A stretch of DNA of 64,000 nt, taken from contig CAVOKF010000006.1 in the NCBI GenBank assembly GCA_963696385.1, positions 1 through 64,000 of the forward strand, written 5' to 3'. The stretch's first letter is position 1; every line of letters begins with the position of its first letter. The position numbers were made by a program, and so were the translations under genes. Source of the stretch: an uncultured delta proteobacterium (lineage in GTDB: Bacteria > Myxococcota_A > Polyangia > Polyangiales > Polyangiaceae). Positions 10,093 through 20,198 of the stretch are shown here, piece by piece. The notes beneath the pieces are model-generated. The model did not search any database and was not told the origin of the DNA. It was given only the letters and a program-made list of their open reading frames with translations.

Positions 10093-10649
10093 GCTGCGCC
10101 GCTCTTCGCAGGCCGCGCCGCGCGAGCCTTCGCGTCGAGGCGACGCCCGCGAGGTTTGGGCTTGCGCACCGTGGGCTGCTCGACGGCCGCGGCGGCCGGC
10201 GCCGGTGTCGTTCGGAGGTGCTCACACCAACGCCGTAGCGTTCGGCCCCGACGCTTGACCATCCCGGGTGGGAGATTGCTCCGCTGCTGCAGGAAGGTCT
10301 CTGCGGAAGAGGGGTCGACCTGGTCGATTGTGGATGCTCTGGACCAGGCAAGCCAAGCTTGCCCGCAAGCACTCTGTTCGAACTGACCGCGAAGCACAGC
10401 GGCGCGCCTTCCGGCCGAGAGCGCGAGGACCCGGCGACCCGTGGGCGTGATCTCGCCGCCCGTGGAAACCAAGCCGAGCATGCGCGCTGCGTGCTTGACG
10501 TAGTTCACGTGACGATGAGAGAGGTCGAACGTGTCCTCCGAGAGCTCACCGCGGCTGCTCAAGACCGAGACTGCTTCGAGGACACGCTCGATGGAGTCGA
10601 ACTGCGGGATCAGCTTCGAGTCGACTCTCGGGTCACCGTTGGTACGCAT
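10089..10649 (-). CDS. Stand-alone winged-helix-like domain protein
   Basis: IPQFDSIERV...RHVNYVKHAARMLGLV...FEQSACGQAW...RRGRTLRRW. GGAG RBS upstream. Confidence 0.8.
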   Translation of the reverse strand: MRTNGDPRVDSKLIPQFDSIERVLEAVSVLSSRGELSEDTFDLSHRHVNYVKHAARMLGLVSTGGEITPTGRRVLALSAGRRAAVLRGQFEQSACGQAWLAWSRASTIDQVDPSSAETFLQQRSNLPPGMVKRRGRTLRRWCEHLRTTPAPAAAAVEQPTVRKPKPRGRRLDAKARAARPAKSGAA

Positions 10650-11177
10650 GCGCGTCTCCTAGTCGTTTGCGCGAGCAGGCCCGGGAAACGTCCTTGCTCA
10701 GTTTGTACGGTACTCCAGGCCGCTTCTACGGTCGAGAACGCCCGGATGTTCGCCGGCACCTCGGGCAGGGACGCGTGCCTACGACGTCTCGACGCTGAGG
10801 GCCTCGTAGAGACTGCCGAGCTTGCTCGCGGGGAACGCCTCTCGTCCGGCCTCCAACCTCGCACGCGCGCCCTCGACGCCCAGCTTGCGCACACCTGGTC
10901 CTGCGAGACGGACCGCGCCCTGGTGCCGACGTCCGTCGCGGCGGGCCGATGTACGGAGCGGAATCGCGGCGGCATCGAGCCGCGAGCATCTACTCCAATG
11001 AGTAAAAGCTCGCCCCCGGCCCCGGGCTGCGCGTGCAGGACGCCGCGTCTACGACGCCGAGAGAGGTCAGATGCCTGAAAGCGCGATGCGCATGGCGATG
11101 GCGAGGAGAGCCTCCGCATGCAGCGCCGCGAGCGCGCCGTCGACGAACTCGGGTTTGCTGCTGACGCGGCTTCCGCT

Positions 11178-11612
11178 TCATGGCTCGGTGAGGAGCGTAT
11201 ACAGCCCGCCTAGCTTGCCTGCAGGGAACGGCTCCTTCCCGGCCTTGAACCTCGACACCTGCGCGCGCTCGACGCCGAGCTTGCGCGCGAGCTCGGCGCC
11301 GAGGCCGCGGCGCTCGGCGGTTTTCCGCCGGAGCAGTGCGCGCACCTGGTCCTGAGAGACGTCGGCCGACGCGCGCGTCGGGAGGGGTCTTGCCGGCGGG
11401 GCGACTGGCGCGGCGGCCTCGACGCCGGCGACGTCGACGGCGGCGGCCTTCGCGGCGGCCCGAATGAGCTTGCGCATGACGCTCGAGAGCGAGACCTCGA
11501 CGCCGAGGTCCTCGAGCTCCTGGCGCTCGCGCTCGACGAGCCCCTCGAGCAGAGCGCGATCGCGCGCGCTGAGACGCAGGGTGACGAGCACCGACGGTCC
11601 GTCGCCCATCAC
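11178..11612 (-). CDS. DNA-binding regulator (RHH-like N-terminus, XRE-like HTH C-terminus)
   Basis: VTLRLSARDRALLE...SLSSVMRKLI and AELARKLGVERAQVSRFKAG. Overlaps the recombinase stop codon. Confidence 0.75.
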   Translation of the reverse strand: MMGDGPSVLVTLRLSARDRALLEGLVERERQELEDLGVEVSLSSVMRKLIRAAAKAAAVDVAGVEAAAPVAPPARPLPTRASADVSQDQVRALLRRKTAERRGLGAELARKLGVERAQVSRFKAGKEPFPAGKLGGLYTLLTEP

Positions 11613-12574
11613 ACCAGCCCCTTCGCCGGGTTGTTCACGAAGACCGTCGCGTGCTGGATGTACCCCCGCGCGACCCGCTCGGACTTGTGGCCGGTCTGCC
11701 GCATGATCGCCTCGAGCGGCCGACCCTTCTCAGCCGCGGTGGTCATGAAGCCGGAGCGCAGCGAGTGCCCCCCGTAGCGCGAGGGATTGAGGCCCGCAGC
11801 GAGCGCCGCGCGCTGGACGACGCGCGCGACCGACCGATCCGAGAGGGCCGTCTTCGCGACGTGTCCGTGTCGGTCAACGGCGCGGAAGATCGGCCCTTCG
11901 GTGATCCCGGCGGCGTCGAGCCATGCGCGGAGCGCGCGCACGGCGCACAGCGCGGGGGAGGACGCATACGGGACGCCCTTGTCGAAGCCCTTGCCCTCCT
12001 GGTCCCCCTTGGAGCGTCGAACGTGGACCAGGAGGCCCTCCGCCTGGAGCTCGACGTCGGCGACGTTCAGCGCGACGAGCTCGGAGCGGCGGCACGCGCT
12101 CGACCACCCAAGCGTCAGGAGAGCGCGGTCTCGCAGCCCGACGAGGTCCTCGTCGAGCGTCGCGACGAGTGCCGCGAGCTCGTCGTCGCTCACCGGCGCC
12201 TTCTTCGTCGACGACGTCCCGATCTTCCGGCGGATGCCGGCCATCGTCTCGCGCACGGCAGGTTCGCCGCGTGGCCAGACAAACCCGCGCGAGCGGTGCT
12301 CGTGTGCGATCGCCGCGAGGGTCTTCTCGATCGTGGAGACCGCGGCGCCGGCGTCGGCGAGCGCGGCGAGGTACACGGCCACCGTCGCCGGCGGCGCCGG
12401 GCACGCGGACAGGCCGCGCGAGGTGCACCACCCGTCGAAGCCGGCGAAGCTCGAGCGGTACGCGCGCCGGGTGCTCTTCGCCTTGCCCTCGGCGACGTAG
12501 CGCCGGGCGCTCTCAACAAGCTGCTCGATGGACTCAACATCCGTGGGCGTTCGGCGGGCGAGGGGGGCGGGCAT
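11609..12574 (-). CDS. Tyrosine recombinase, Cre-like
   Basis: RDRALL...RRSEL, RRSKGDQ, HSLRSG, QTGH...GY: complete R-K-H-R-H-Y set. Confidence 0.95.
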   Translation of the reverse strand: MPAPLARRTPTDVESIEQLVESARRYVAEGKAKSTRRAYRSSFAGFDGWCTSRGLSACPAPPATVAVYLAALADAGAAVSTIEKTLAAIAHEHRSRGFVWPRGEPAVRETMAGIRRKIGTSSTKKAPVSDDELAALVATLDEDLVGLRDRALLTLGWSSACRRSELVALNVADVELQAEGLLVHVRRSKGDQEGKGFDKGVPYASSPALCAVRALRAWLDAAGITEGPIFRAVDRHGHVAKTALSDRSVARVVQRAALAAGLNPSRYGGHSLRSGFMTTAAEKGRPLEAIMRQTGHKSERVARGYIQHATVFVNNPAKGLV

Positions 12575-12780
12575 GGGGTCCTTAGGGGCCGGCGGGTCAC
12601 GTCCGAGAAAGGGTGCTTCTCGGACACGAGGTCCTGCGACCGCCGATGGCCGTTGGCACCCTCGCAGATGTTGAGTGTATTACAGTCGCTATCTTCGCGC
12701 CATCGCCGGCGGCCGGCAGCGGCGACCCAGGCGTTCACGCTCGGCCGTCGCCCCGTGCACCCTGCCGAGAGGCGATCGCT

Positions 12781-13713
12781 CTAGACGACTTCGTCGGGAG
12801 CCAGAGTGCACGGAGCCGGCGCCTCGTGAGGATCGATCTGAAGGGTCGCGTGGTCGATGTCGAAGCGCTCGTGAAGTTCGTGGCAAACCCCAGCGAGGAA
12901 CGTCGGCTCGCACGAGTTTCCCGGCATGACCAAGTGCGCCGTCAGCGCGGTCTCCGTCGTGCTCATCGCCCAGATGTGCAGGTCGTGGACCTCGATCACG
13001 CGCGGCAGCGAGCACAGGAACGCCTTCACCTCCTCCGGCGCGATGTTCTCCGGTACGGCGTCGAGCATGAGGTTCATTGACTTACGCATCAGCGACCACG
13101 TTCCCGCGAGGATCGTGAGCGCGAGGACGATGCTCACTGCGGAATCGAGCCAGAGCCACCCCGTGCCCATGATGATCCCGCCGGCGACGGCGACGCCGAG
13201 GGCCAGCGCAGCGTCTGATGCCAGGTGCAGGAAGGCGCTCCGGAGGTTCAAGTCGTGCGCGCGATCCCTCATGAACAGCAGCGCGGACGCGGCGTTCACG
13301 CCGGCGCCAATGAGGGCGACGACGATCATCGTAAGGCCCTGGGCGGGCTGGGGCGCAAGGAGGCGACGGAACGACTCCCACGTGAGCCCGCCGGTGACGA
13401 AGAGCAGGATGAGAGCATTCGCCACCGACGCCACGATCGTCGAGCGGCGATACCCGAACGTCCGGCGCGTCGATGGTTTCAGCGTCGCGAGGGCCGTCGC
13501 GCCCCATGAGAGCCCAAGGCCGAGCACGTCACCAAGGTTGTGCCCGGCGTCCGCGATCAGCGCCATGGAGTGCGCGATGGCCCCAAAGACGACTTCGACA
13601 ATAACGAAGGCTAGGTTCAGGGCGATGCCGATGAGGAACGCCCGACCGACGCTCCGCGCGTCGACATGGTGGTCGTGGTCGTGATGCTCGTGGGGATGTC
13701 GGTTCGATCCCAT
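12781..13713 (-). CDS. czcD: Cation diffusion facilitator (CzcD/ZitB-like) metal efflux
   Basis: His-rich N-terminus, ALIADAGHNLGD, NLRSAFLHLASD, VHDLHIW, HATLQ. Confidence 0.92.
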   Translation of the reverse strand: MGSNRHPHEHHDHDHHVDARSVGRAFLIGIALNLAFVIVEVVFGAIAHSMALIADAGHNLGDVLGLGLSWGATALATLKPSTRRTFGYRRSTIVASVANALILLFVTGGLTWESFRRLLAPQPAQGLTMIVVALIGAGVNAASALLFMRDRAHDLNLRSAFLHLASDAALALGVAVAGGIIMGTGWLWLDSAVSIVLALTILAGTWSLMRKSMNLMLDAVPENIAPEEVKAFLCSLPRVIEVHDLHIWAMSTTETALTAHLVMPGNSCEPTFLAGVCHELHERFDIDHATLQIDPHEAPAPCTLAPDEVV

Positions 13714-13724
13714 GGGGGCTTCCC

Positions 13725-14657
13725 TCAGTCCCGCGCGTGCGGGGGTAGGACGACGGGAGCCTCCGGCGCTCGGTCGAACGAGTAGATCACGCCGAGGCCC
13801 GCGCGCCAGTGGTCCACCTGGTAGTCGGCCCGGTAGTCCTCCGCGACCGGGAGCGACACGTACATGAAGAACCGCGTGCGCGCCGCTGGCATCCAGACGA
13901 CGGTCGGGCTGGCGAAGACCTCCCAGCCACCGCTGACGAGGTTCGCGCCGTTGATCACGTCGGGGTCGTGAACTTCGGCGGCCAGTCCCATCTGCAAGCT
14001 GAGCATGTGGGCCTGCTCGTCCACCGGGGTGTACGCGAACCCCAGGCCGGCGAGCCAGTTATCGCCCTTCTTGGATCCTGTGTCGTCGGTCGCGTTGAGC
14101 CGGTAGTAGCCGAGGCCTACCGCGGCGAAGTGGCTCCACTCGAAGCCGCTCATCGCGGCGAAGATGTAGTTCATGGGGCCGTGAAACGGGGCGTAGTCCT
14201 TCTCGCCCGTCGGAGGCTCGAACGCGACGCTGAGGAGGGCGAAGTTGCCGTCTTTTCCCGTCGCTCGCTGAAGCCCGGTGAAGTCGAAGCGGTACGAGGT
14301 GCTCACGAGCAGGTTCTCGCGGGCAACGCACCCACCGCACGAGCTGAGGGGGCCCGTCTGTTCGCCCTGCGGCGTGCGCGCGTTCTCGTAGGTGAACGTC
14401 TGGACGAGCGCCAGCGACCAGGGAACCGATCGGAACGGCGTAACCCCGGCGCTGAGGATGTAGGCCGTCTCCTGGTCGTAGGTGCTGCCGTTGCCGAAGA
14501 CGTGCTCGTGAGCCTGCAAGCTCACGAACCCCTCGGACTCGACCGCGAGCGACGACTGGGGGCCGAACAGAGCTTCGTGATGCGCCGACGCTTGTCTAGA
14601 CGACAGAAGACCCAACAGCGCGGCTGCACTCGCCGCGTACTTTCTTCGCTTGCACAT
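13725..14657 (-). CDS. Exported, probably outer-membrane beta-barrel protein of the metal operon
   Basis: Signal peptide ending ASA-HH, alternating beta-strand pattern, in operon with the CDF gene. Confidence 0.7.
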   Translation of the reverse strand: MCKRRKYAASAAALLGLLSSRQASAHHEALFGPQSSLAVESEGFVSLQAHEHVFGNGSTYDQETAYILSAGVTPFRSVPWSLALVQTFTYENARTPQGEQTGPLSSCGGCVARENLLVSTSYRFDFTGLQRATGKDGNFALLSVAFEPPTGEKDYAPFHGPMNYIFAAMSGFEWSHFAAVGLGYYRLNATDDTGSKKGDNWLAGLGFAYTPVDEQAHMLSLQMGLAAEVHDPDVINGANLVSGGWEVFASPTVVWMPAARTRFFMYVSLPVAEDYRADYQVDHWRAGLGVIYSFDRAPEAPVVLPPHARD

Positions 14658-14780
14658 GAACGTTACTCCACGAACAGCCGCGCCCCTTCGCTCGAAGGAG
14701 CGGGCGAGCCGATGCCTGTGGGGGCGCAGCTCGCCAGCGCGCGAAGCCGGCCAACGTGCGCACCCGGTTGTGAACGACGT

Positions 14781-15176
14781 TCAGGCTCGGGGCGGTCGGT
14801 AGACGGACGGCAATGGCGGTCCCGGAGGACCCTCGTCGTCGCCGTCGCACCCGAGCCGAAGCGAAGCCTCTCGGGGCGGCACGAAGTCCGTTGCAGCGGC
14901 CGACCGCGAAAGCGAGGCCCCGCTCTGGTGCGCGTGATGGCAGTTCGGACAGCCGGGAGGGCATTCGTGGCCTGCCGCGTCGTCGTCGTCCGAGTCGTCG
15001 TGGTGGTGCTCCCCGACGCTCACGACCTGCACCAGGTCGCGGACGAAATGCACGACGCCCGAGAGCTGGACGGAGACGAGCACCGTGAGGACCTGGAGCA
15101 CGCCGAGGAGCGAGCAGAGCACGCGGCGCGGCTGATGGCCGACCAGGATCCAGCGGGAGCTGCGCTCGCGGTTCAT
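14781..15176 (-). CDS. Small His/Cys-rich exported protein (DUF2946-like)
   Basis: TM helix, HHHDD, HECPPGCPNCHHAH, C-terminal RPPRA. Confidence 0.65.
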   Translation of the reverse strand: MNRERSSRWILVGHQPRRVLCSLLGVLQVLTVLVSVQLSGVVHFVRDLVQVVSVGEHHHDDSDDDDAAGHECPPGCPNCHHAHQSGASLSRSAAATDFVPPREASLRLGCDGDDEGPPGPPLPSVYRPPRA

Positions 15177-15364
15177 AGGCTTACTTCACGTACGCACGAA
15201 CGATGTCGACGAGCTCGTCGGCTGCGCGCGCGCGCTTCGACGAGAGCTTCTCCTCGGGGTCGAGGACATGGAACCGGATGTGGTCTGAAGTGGACCCCAA
15301 ATTTCGGACCACCCCTTAAGGTAGTAAAGACGGGCCTGCTCCCCGATGACGAGGAGCAGGATCA

Positions 15365-15658
15365 ATGAAAAATACACGCACGAAGCACACGGCAGAATTC
15401 AAGGCGAAGGTTGCGCTTGCGGCGATTCGGGAGGAGGCCACGGTCCCGGAGCTGGCGCGTCGATACGGGATTCACCCGACGCAGATCTTCAAGTGGAAGA
15501 AGACGTTCGTGGAAAACGCAGCACGCGTATTCCAATCCGAGGGGGCCAGGAGCGATGGTGGCGAGGAGCGCGAGCGCGAGGCGGAGCTACTCAAGAAGAT
15601 TGGCGAGCTCACGGTTGAACGCGATTTTTTATCGCGCGGGCTCGGGCGGCTGCGGTGA
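15365..15658 (+). CDS. IS3 OrfA
   Basis: [28 protein letters not shown]. Confidence 0.92.
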   Translation: MKNTRTKHTAEFKAKVALAAIREEATVPELARRYGIHPTQIFKWKKTFVENAARVFQSEGARSDGGEEREREAELLKKIGELTVERDFLSRGLGRLR

Positions 15659-16497
15659 AGGACCGACGCGCGATGGTGGCCCCGGACAGCAAGGTTTCGG
15701 TCCGCCGACAATGCGAGCTTTTGCGCGTATCGCGCTCGGGCCTGTACTACGTGCCCGAGCCAACCGAGCCCGAGGAGCTTGCGCTGATGCGACGGATCGA
15801 CGAGCTCCATCTGCGGTTTCCGTTTTACGGGAGCCGCAAGCTCGCAATCGCGTTGCGAGGCGAAGGCCACGAAGTGAATCGAAAACATATCCAGCGACTG
15901 ATGCGGGTCATGGGGCTGGAGGCCATGGCTCCTCGGGCGCGCACGAGTCGGCCGAGTCAAGAGCACGCGATCTATCCTTACCTCCTTCGCGGCCTCGAGA
16001 TCAGCCGCATCAATCAGGTGTGGGCAAGCGACATCACGTACGTGCCGCTGGCGCACGGCTTCGTGTACCTCGTCGCGATCCTGGACTGGTACTCGCGGCG
16101 GGTTCTCGCCTGGCGCCTGTCGAACACGCTCGATCCCGGCTTCTGCGTGGACGCCCTGGAGCAGGCACTTGCCCACTTCGGTGCGCCCGAGATCTTCAAT
16201 ACCGACCAAGGCGCGCAATTCACGTCCGACGCATTTACGAAGGTGCTTCGGCGACGCGGCATTCGCATAAGCATGGACGGCAAGGGCCGCTGCATCGACA
16301 ACGTGTTCGTCGAGCGGCTTTGGCGATCGGTCAAATACGAGGAGGTGTACCTGCATGCCTACGAAGACGTGCGCGAGGCGCGCGCCGGGATCGGTCGCTA
16401 CATGACGTTCTACAACGAAAGCCGCCCGCACCAAGCGCTCGGCTACCAAACACCCAGGGCATTCTTCGACGCACTGTGGTCGGGCAAGGCTGCGTGA
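15655..16497 (+). CDS. IS3 OrfB DDE transposase
   Basis: [33 protein letters not shown]. Confidence 0.95.
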   Translation: MKDRRAMVAPDSKVSVRRQCELLRVSRSGLYYVPEPTEPEELALMRRIDELHLRFPFYGSRKLAIALRGEGHEVNRKHIQRLMRVMGLEAMAPRARTSRPSQEHAIYPYLLRGLEISRINQVWASDITYVPLAHGFVYLVAILDWYSRRVLAWRLSNTLDPGFCVDALEQALAHFGAPEIFNTDQGAQFTSDAFTKVLRRRGIRISMDGKGRCIDNVFVERLWRSVKYEEVYLHAYEDVREARAGIGRYMTFYNESRPHQALGYQTPRAFFDALWSGKAA

Positions 16498-16910
16498 ATT
16501 CTTTCCACCGTCGTCCACAGGGTCGCTCACAACTTGCCAGTCTCCCCCCCGCCCCCCCCCTCAATTGCCACCAGACACGTGGAAGTCTATGTGGACGACC
16601 GATACGAAATTCACGACGAGAACAACTACGACTTGACTTTAGATATCCCACGAGCGAGAGAAAGAACGAGAGCAGGCCCTACCTTAACTGCCGACCAGTT
16701 TGGTCCGAACGAAGGGGTCCACCTCAGTCCTCGACCATCTCGGCGACCAGGCTGTTCAACGCTCCGCGAGCCGCGGTCACTGTCGTCAGAACGTCGTAGC
16801 AACCCTTCTCCTCGACGATCGCGCGCTCGATGGCCTCGATCTGGCCTCGAATGCGACGCACGCGAGCGATCAACTTCTCCCTGTCTCGTGCCGTGTGCAT
16901 GCCGTCGGAA

Positions 16911-16931
16911 GGATACCCCCATAGGGTATCC
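16911..16931. promoter_or_regulatory. RcnR/CsoR-type operator
   Basis: Perfect IR GGATACCC-ccata-GGGTATCC (TAC / C-G tract / GTA) 10 nt upstream of the repressor ATG. Confidence 0.8.
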
Positions 16932-17096
16932 TGTCCAGCGCGCTCGTTTCGGTCGTTCAGGGTCTAACCGCCGCGTGCAGTGGTCCTCGCATCCGCGCGC
17001 GATCGACGCGGCCGCAGTTGCACTCGGTACGACCGCCCCGCAAGGCGCTCCACGCGAGCCTTGACGAAGCCGACGAGATCGCCGAGAAGACCCGTA

Positions 17097-17209
17097 CGCA
17101 AGGGGAGTAGTTCACACCGCCCAGGCGGTACGGGGAGATCGACATGCTGACGCCCTCGGGCGTCCGGTCCCCCACCTCGGCCTCCCGAGGGGAACGAGAC
17201 CTTCGACCA
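17097..17209 (+). ncRNA. yybP-ykoY (Mn2+) riboswitch
   Basis: AAGGGGAGTAG ... CGAGACCTT ends enclosing three hairpins, in the 5' UTR of 17276..18103. Confidence 0.7.
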
Positions 17210-17275
17210 GGACAGTCCTGGCCGAGGTCTCGTGCGCTCCCGCCCACGACGTCCCGGCCCGGAGAAAGGCCGGAG

Positions 17276-18103
17276 ATGTTCAAGGAAGCGGTTCGGTTCA
17301 CGTTGGGCGCCCTGACGGTCGCGTCGATCGTCTCGGCATCGAGGCTTGCGCTTGCCGAGCCTGGGGACGATCCTCGATGCAAGGGCACGCACAGCCTCGC
17401 GTCGCCTCTTCCCGACGTCTGCCTTGGCCTCATCGACACCGACCGGCCACATCAGACGGATACGCCTCACGTCGTGCCCGCCGGGCATCTACAGGTCGAG
17501 TCGGCGCTCGCCGAGGTGCAACTCGGCGGCACCGTGGGCGAGCGAGGCGGCGATCGCAGCGGGCATGTCGTGCTGTTCGACGACAACTACAAGGTCGGAC
17601 TGGTCTCCAACGTCGACGTCCAGCTCCTCGTCGCGCACGCCGCCTACGATCCCGCCGCGGGCGCGCTGCTGCCACCGGGCCCGTTCGAGCTTCGCGCGAA
17701 GTTCAACATCGTGGATGAGCGGGGCTGGATTCCCGCCATCACACTCGTCCCATGGATCTTCCTGCCCGTGGCACCGTCGGAGGTCTTCCGCGCGGGACCG
17801 TACGTCTTCTGGGGATGGGAGCTCGGCGAGCACTTCGAGCTCGAAATGAACGCAGGGGTGCTGTTCGGGGCGAGCCCAAAGCCTCCGGCCGCCATCGTGC
17901 TGGCGTCCGCTCTCACGTTCAAGCCCATCGAGAGCTTCGGTGTCTTCGTCGACATCTACACGACAGGTCCCGATGCTGCCCTCGGTACCGGCGTGCTTTG
18001 GGCCTTCACGAGAGACGCGCAGGTCGACCTCGGAACGTACATCGGGGTCCACGGCGACGAGCCGGTTGCGACGCCGTTCGTCGGGTTCTCGGTCCGCCGC
18101 TAA
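17276..18103 (+). CDS. Putative outer-membrane transporter (MetA-pathway/SphA-like barrel)
   Basis: Signal peptide, IDTDRPHQTDTPHVVPAGHLQVE, C-terminal FVGFSVRR. ATG 17276 has a GGAG RBS. Confidence 0.75.
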   Translation: MFKEAVRFTLGALTVASIVSASRLALAEPGDDPRCKGTHSLASPLPDVCLGLIDTDRPHQTDTPHVVPAGHLQVESALAEVQLGGTVGERGGDRSGHVVLFDDNYKVGLVSNVDVQLLVAHAAYDPAAGALLPPGPFELRAKFNIVDERGWIPAITLVPWIFLPVAPSEVFRAGPYVFWGWELGEHFELEMNAGVLFGASPKPPAAIVLASALTFKPIESFGVFVDIYTTGPDAALGTGVLWAFTRDAQVDLGTYIGVHGDEPVATPFVGFSVRR

Positions 18104-18824
18104 CGAGCGGGGCTCGGAATGCCTACGCGTGTTCTTCGATCGCGGCGATGTGGCGCTCGCTCTTGCTCCGCGAGTAGTAAGCCCAGTGCGACCAGGCAAG
18201 GCTGGTCTGAAAGGAATGAGATGCGATGAGCTCATAAAATTCAGAGAGTCGTCCAGCGGGTGCGAACCCCGCCCGGCGAAGGGCCGAGCCCGTCCAGCCG
18301 GAAGCGAGGCTTGCGCCGGCCGCCGCAAGGCGTTCGGCGATGCGTAGTCACGCAAGTGAGTGGGCCGTGGGGAATGCAGCCACGAAAACTACATCAGTCC
18401 GGATGCCGAGCGCTTTGGGCAGCGCGAAGGCGACGGCGGCTGCTGCGCAGCAGGGCGAGCAGGAGCCGCATCCGGCGGGGTCTACGACCACGGCACGCCA
18501 CAAGAGGACGAACCAGACACCTGGGAGGCCCTCGCTTTTCCTCGGTGAAATCCCGGAGCCACGGAGAGCCGGTCACCCGTCTCCGACGCGCTGAGCGCAC
18601 GCGGATGCGCGCACGGCCGGCCGAGCGCCTCCCCGTGAGGGGCTCCGCGCAGAACAAGCATTCGCGCCGAGGTAGGCCGCTGGCGAGGGGAGACCGGAGC
18701 CACGGCCGAAGGGAGCGGGGGAGTCGGAGGGCCGCATACGAGCGTGGACGTCGGGGAACGGATTGGCACCCGGACCCGGCCGAGCAAAGGCGGCCCGTGC
18801 TGAGTTGAACTTCAGGAGGGAACC

Positions 18825-20144
18825 ATGCCCGACGCATCGACGTTGGAAGATATGTCACCGAAACTATTGAAGGTAGTGGAGCGAGCGAAAAGGGAGCCCG
18901 AAGGACGGTTCCACTCGCTGGCACATCTTATCGATGTGCACGCCTTGATGCGAGCCGACAAGCGCATGCGCAACGATGCGGCGGTCGGCGTGGATGGGGT
19001 CACGAAGGAGCAGTACGGGCAGGCCCTGGAAGAAAATCTCCGAAGCCTGCACGAGCGGTTGGTGGCGAAGCAGTATCGCCATCAGCCAATCCGGCGTGTT
19101 CACATCCCAAAGGAAAGGGGCAAGACACGGCCGATTGGGATTTCTGCGTACGAGGACAAGTTGGTCCAGGACGCCCTACGCGAAGTGCTGGAGGCGATAT
19201 ACGAGCAGGACTTTTTGGAATGCTCGTACGGCTTCCGGCCCGGTCGCGGTGCCCATGACGCCATTCGAGCCCTCGACCGTATTGCGCATCAGGGTAAGGT
19301 GAGCTGGATTTTGGAGGCCGACGTCGTGTCCTTCTTCGACAGCTTGGATCGCACCCAGCTGAAGGAGATGCTCCAAATTCGGGTGGCCGATGGGTCGCTG
19401 ATGCGGCTGATTGGCAAGTGCTTGCACGTTGGGGTGCTCGACGGCTCGGAATACGCCGAGCCGGACACGGGCGCAGCGCAAGGGTCCGTGCTCTCGCCGA
19501 TACTCGGCAACGTCTATCTCCACTACGTAATGGACCTGTGGTTCGAGCGCGATGTCAAGCCGCGTCTGCGCGGGGAAGCTCACCTCGTGCGTTATGTGGA
19601 CGACTTCGTGATGACATTCGAACATCAGGACGACGCGGAGCGGGTGATGGACGTTCTGGGAAAGCGGATGGGGCGTTTCGGGCTGACCCTGCACCCGGAC
19701 AAGACCCGCCTCTTGCCCTTCCGGCGTCCGCCGGCGGAGCAAGTTGGCGGCAAGGGTCCGGCCACCTTCGACTTTCTGGGATTCACGCTGTACTGGCAGC
19801 GCTCCCGAAGCGGTCGATGGGGAATGACGTGCAAGACACGGAGTGCGCGCCTACGACGGTCGATTCAAGCCGTCGCGGACTGGTGTCGTCGCCATCGACA
19901 CCTTCCGGTCAAGGAGCAGCACGCCGCGCTCACGAGGCGCATCCAAGGTCACTTCAACTATTTCGGCATCAGCGGCAACTTTCGCAGTCTGCTTCTGTTT
20001 GCCGAAGAGACGAAGCGAGTTTGGTATAAGTGGCTCCGCCGTCGGAGCCAACAAGCGCACCTCACCTGGGAAAAGTATGACGAGCTTCTGCAGCGTCTTC
20101 CTCTCCCGCGTCCCCGCATCAAGGTCCGAATCTGGGGGACGTAA
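18825..20144 (+). CDS. ltrA: Group II intron RT/maturase (YVDD, no endonuclease domain)
   Basis: AVGVDG, RPIGI, SYGFRPGR, QGSVLSP, RYVDD, FDFLGF, domain X. Confidence 0.95.
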   Translation: MPDASTLEDMSPKLLKVVERAKREPEGRFHSLAHLIDVHALMRADKRMRNDAAVGVDGVTKEQYGQALEENLRSLHERLVAKQYRHQPIRRVHIPKERGKTRPIGISAYEDKLVQDALREVLEAIYEQDFLECSYGFRPGRGAHDAIRALDRIAHQGKVSWILEADVVSFFDSLDRTQLKEMLQIRVADGSLMRLIGKCLHVGVLDGSEYAEPDTGAAQGSVLSPILGNVYLHYVMDLWFERDVKPRLRGEAHLVRYVDDFVMTFEHQDDAERVMDVLGKRMGRFGLTLHPDKTRLLPFRRPPAEQVGGKGPATFDFLGFTLYWQRSRSGRWGMTCKTRSARLRRSIQAVADWCRRHRHLPVKEQHAALTRRIQGHFNYFGISGNFRSLLLFAEETKRVWYKWLRRRSQQAHLTWEKYDELLQRLPLPRPRIKVRIWGT

Positions 20145-20198
20145 CCCACGAGCCAGCTCAGCGGAAGAGCCGGATGGTGGCAATCTCCTTGTCCGGTT

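Larger units (their letters stand above)
15286..16726 (+). mobile_element. IS3-family insertion sequence, complete
   Basis: TG...CA ends, IR TGAAGTGGACCCC / GGGGTCCACCTCA, 3-bp target duplication GTC. Confidence 0.95.
15181..16900 (-). pseudogene. RcnR/CsoR/FrmR-family metal-sensing repressor interrupted by IS3
   Basis: Removing the IS and one GTC gives MHTARDREKLIARVRRIRGQIEAIERAIVEEKGCYDVLTTVTAARGALNSLVAEMVEDHIRFHVLDPEEKLSSKRARAADELVDIVRAYVK*. Confidence 0.92.
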
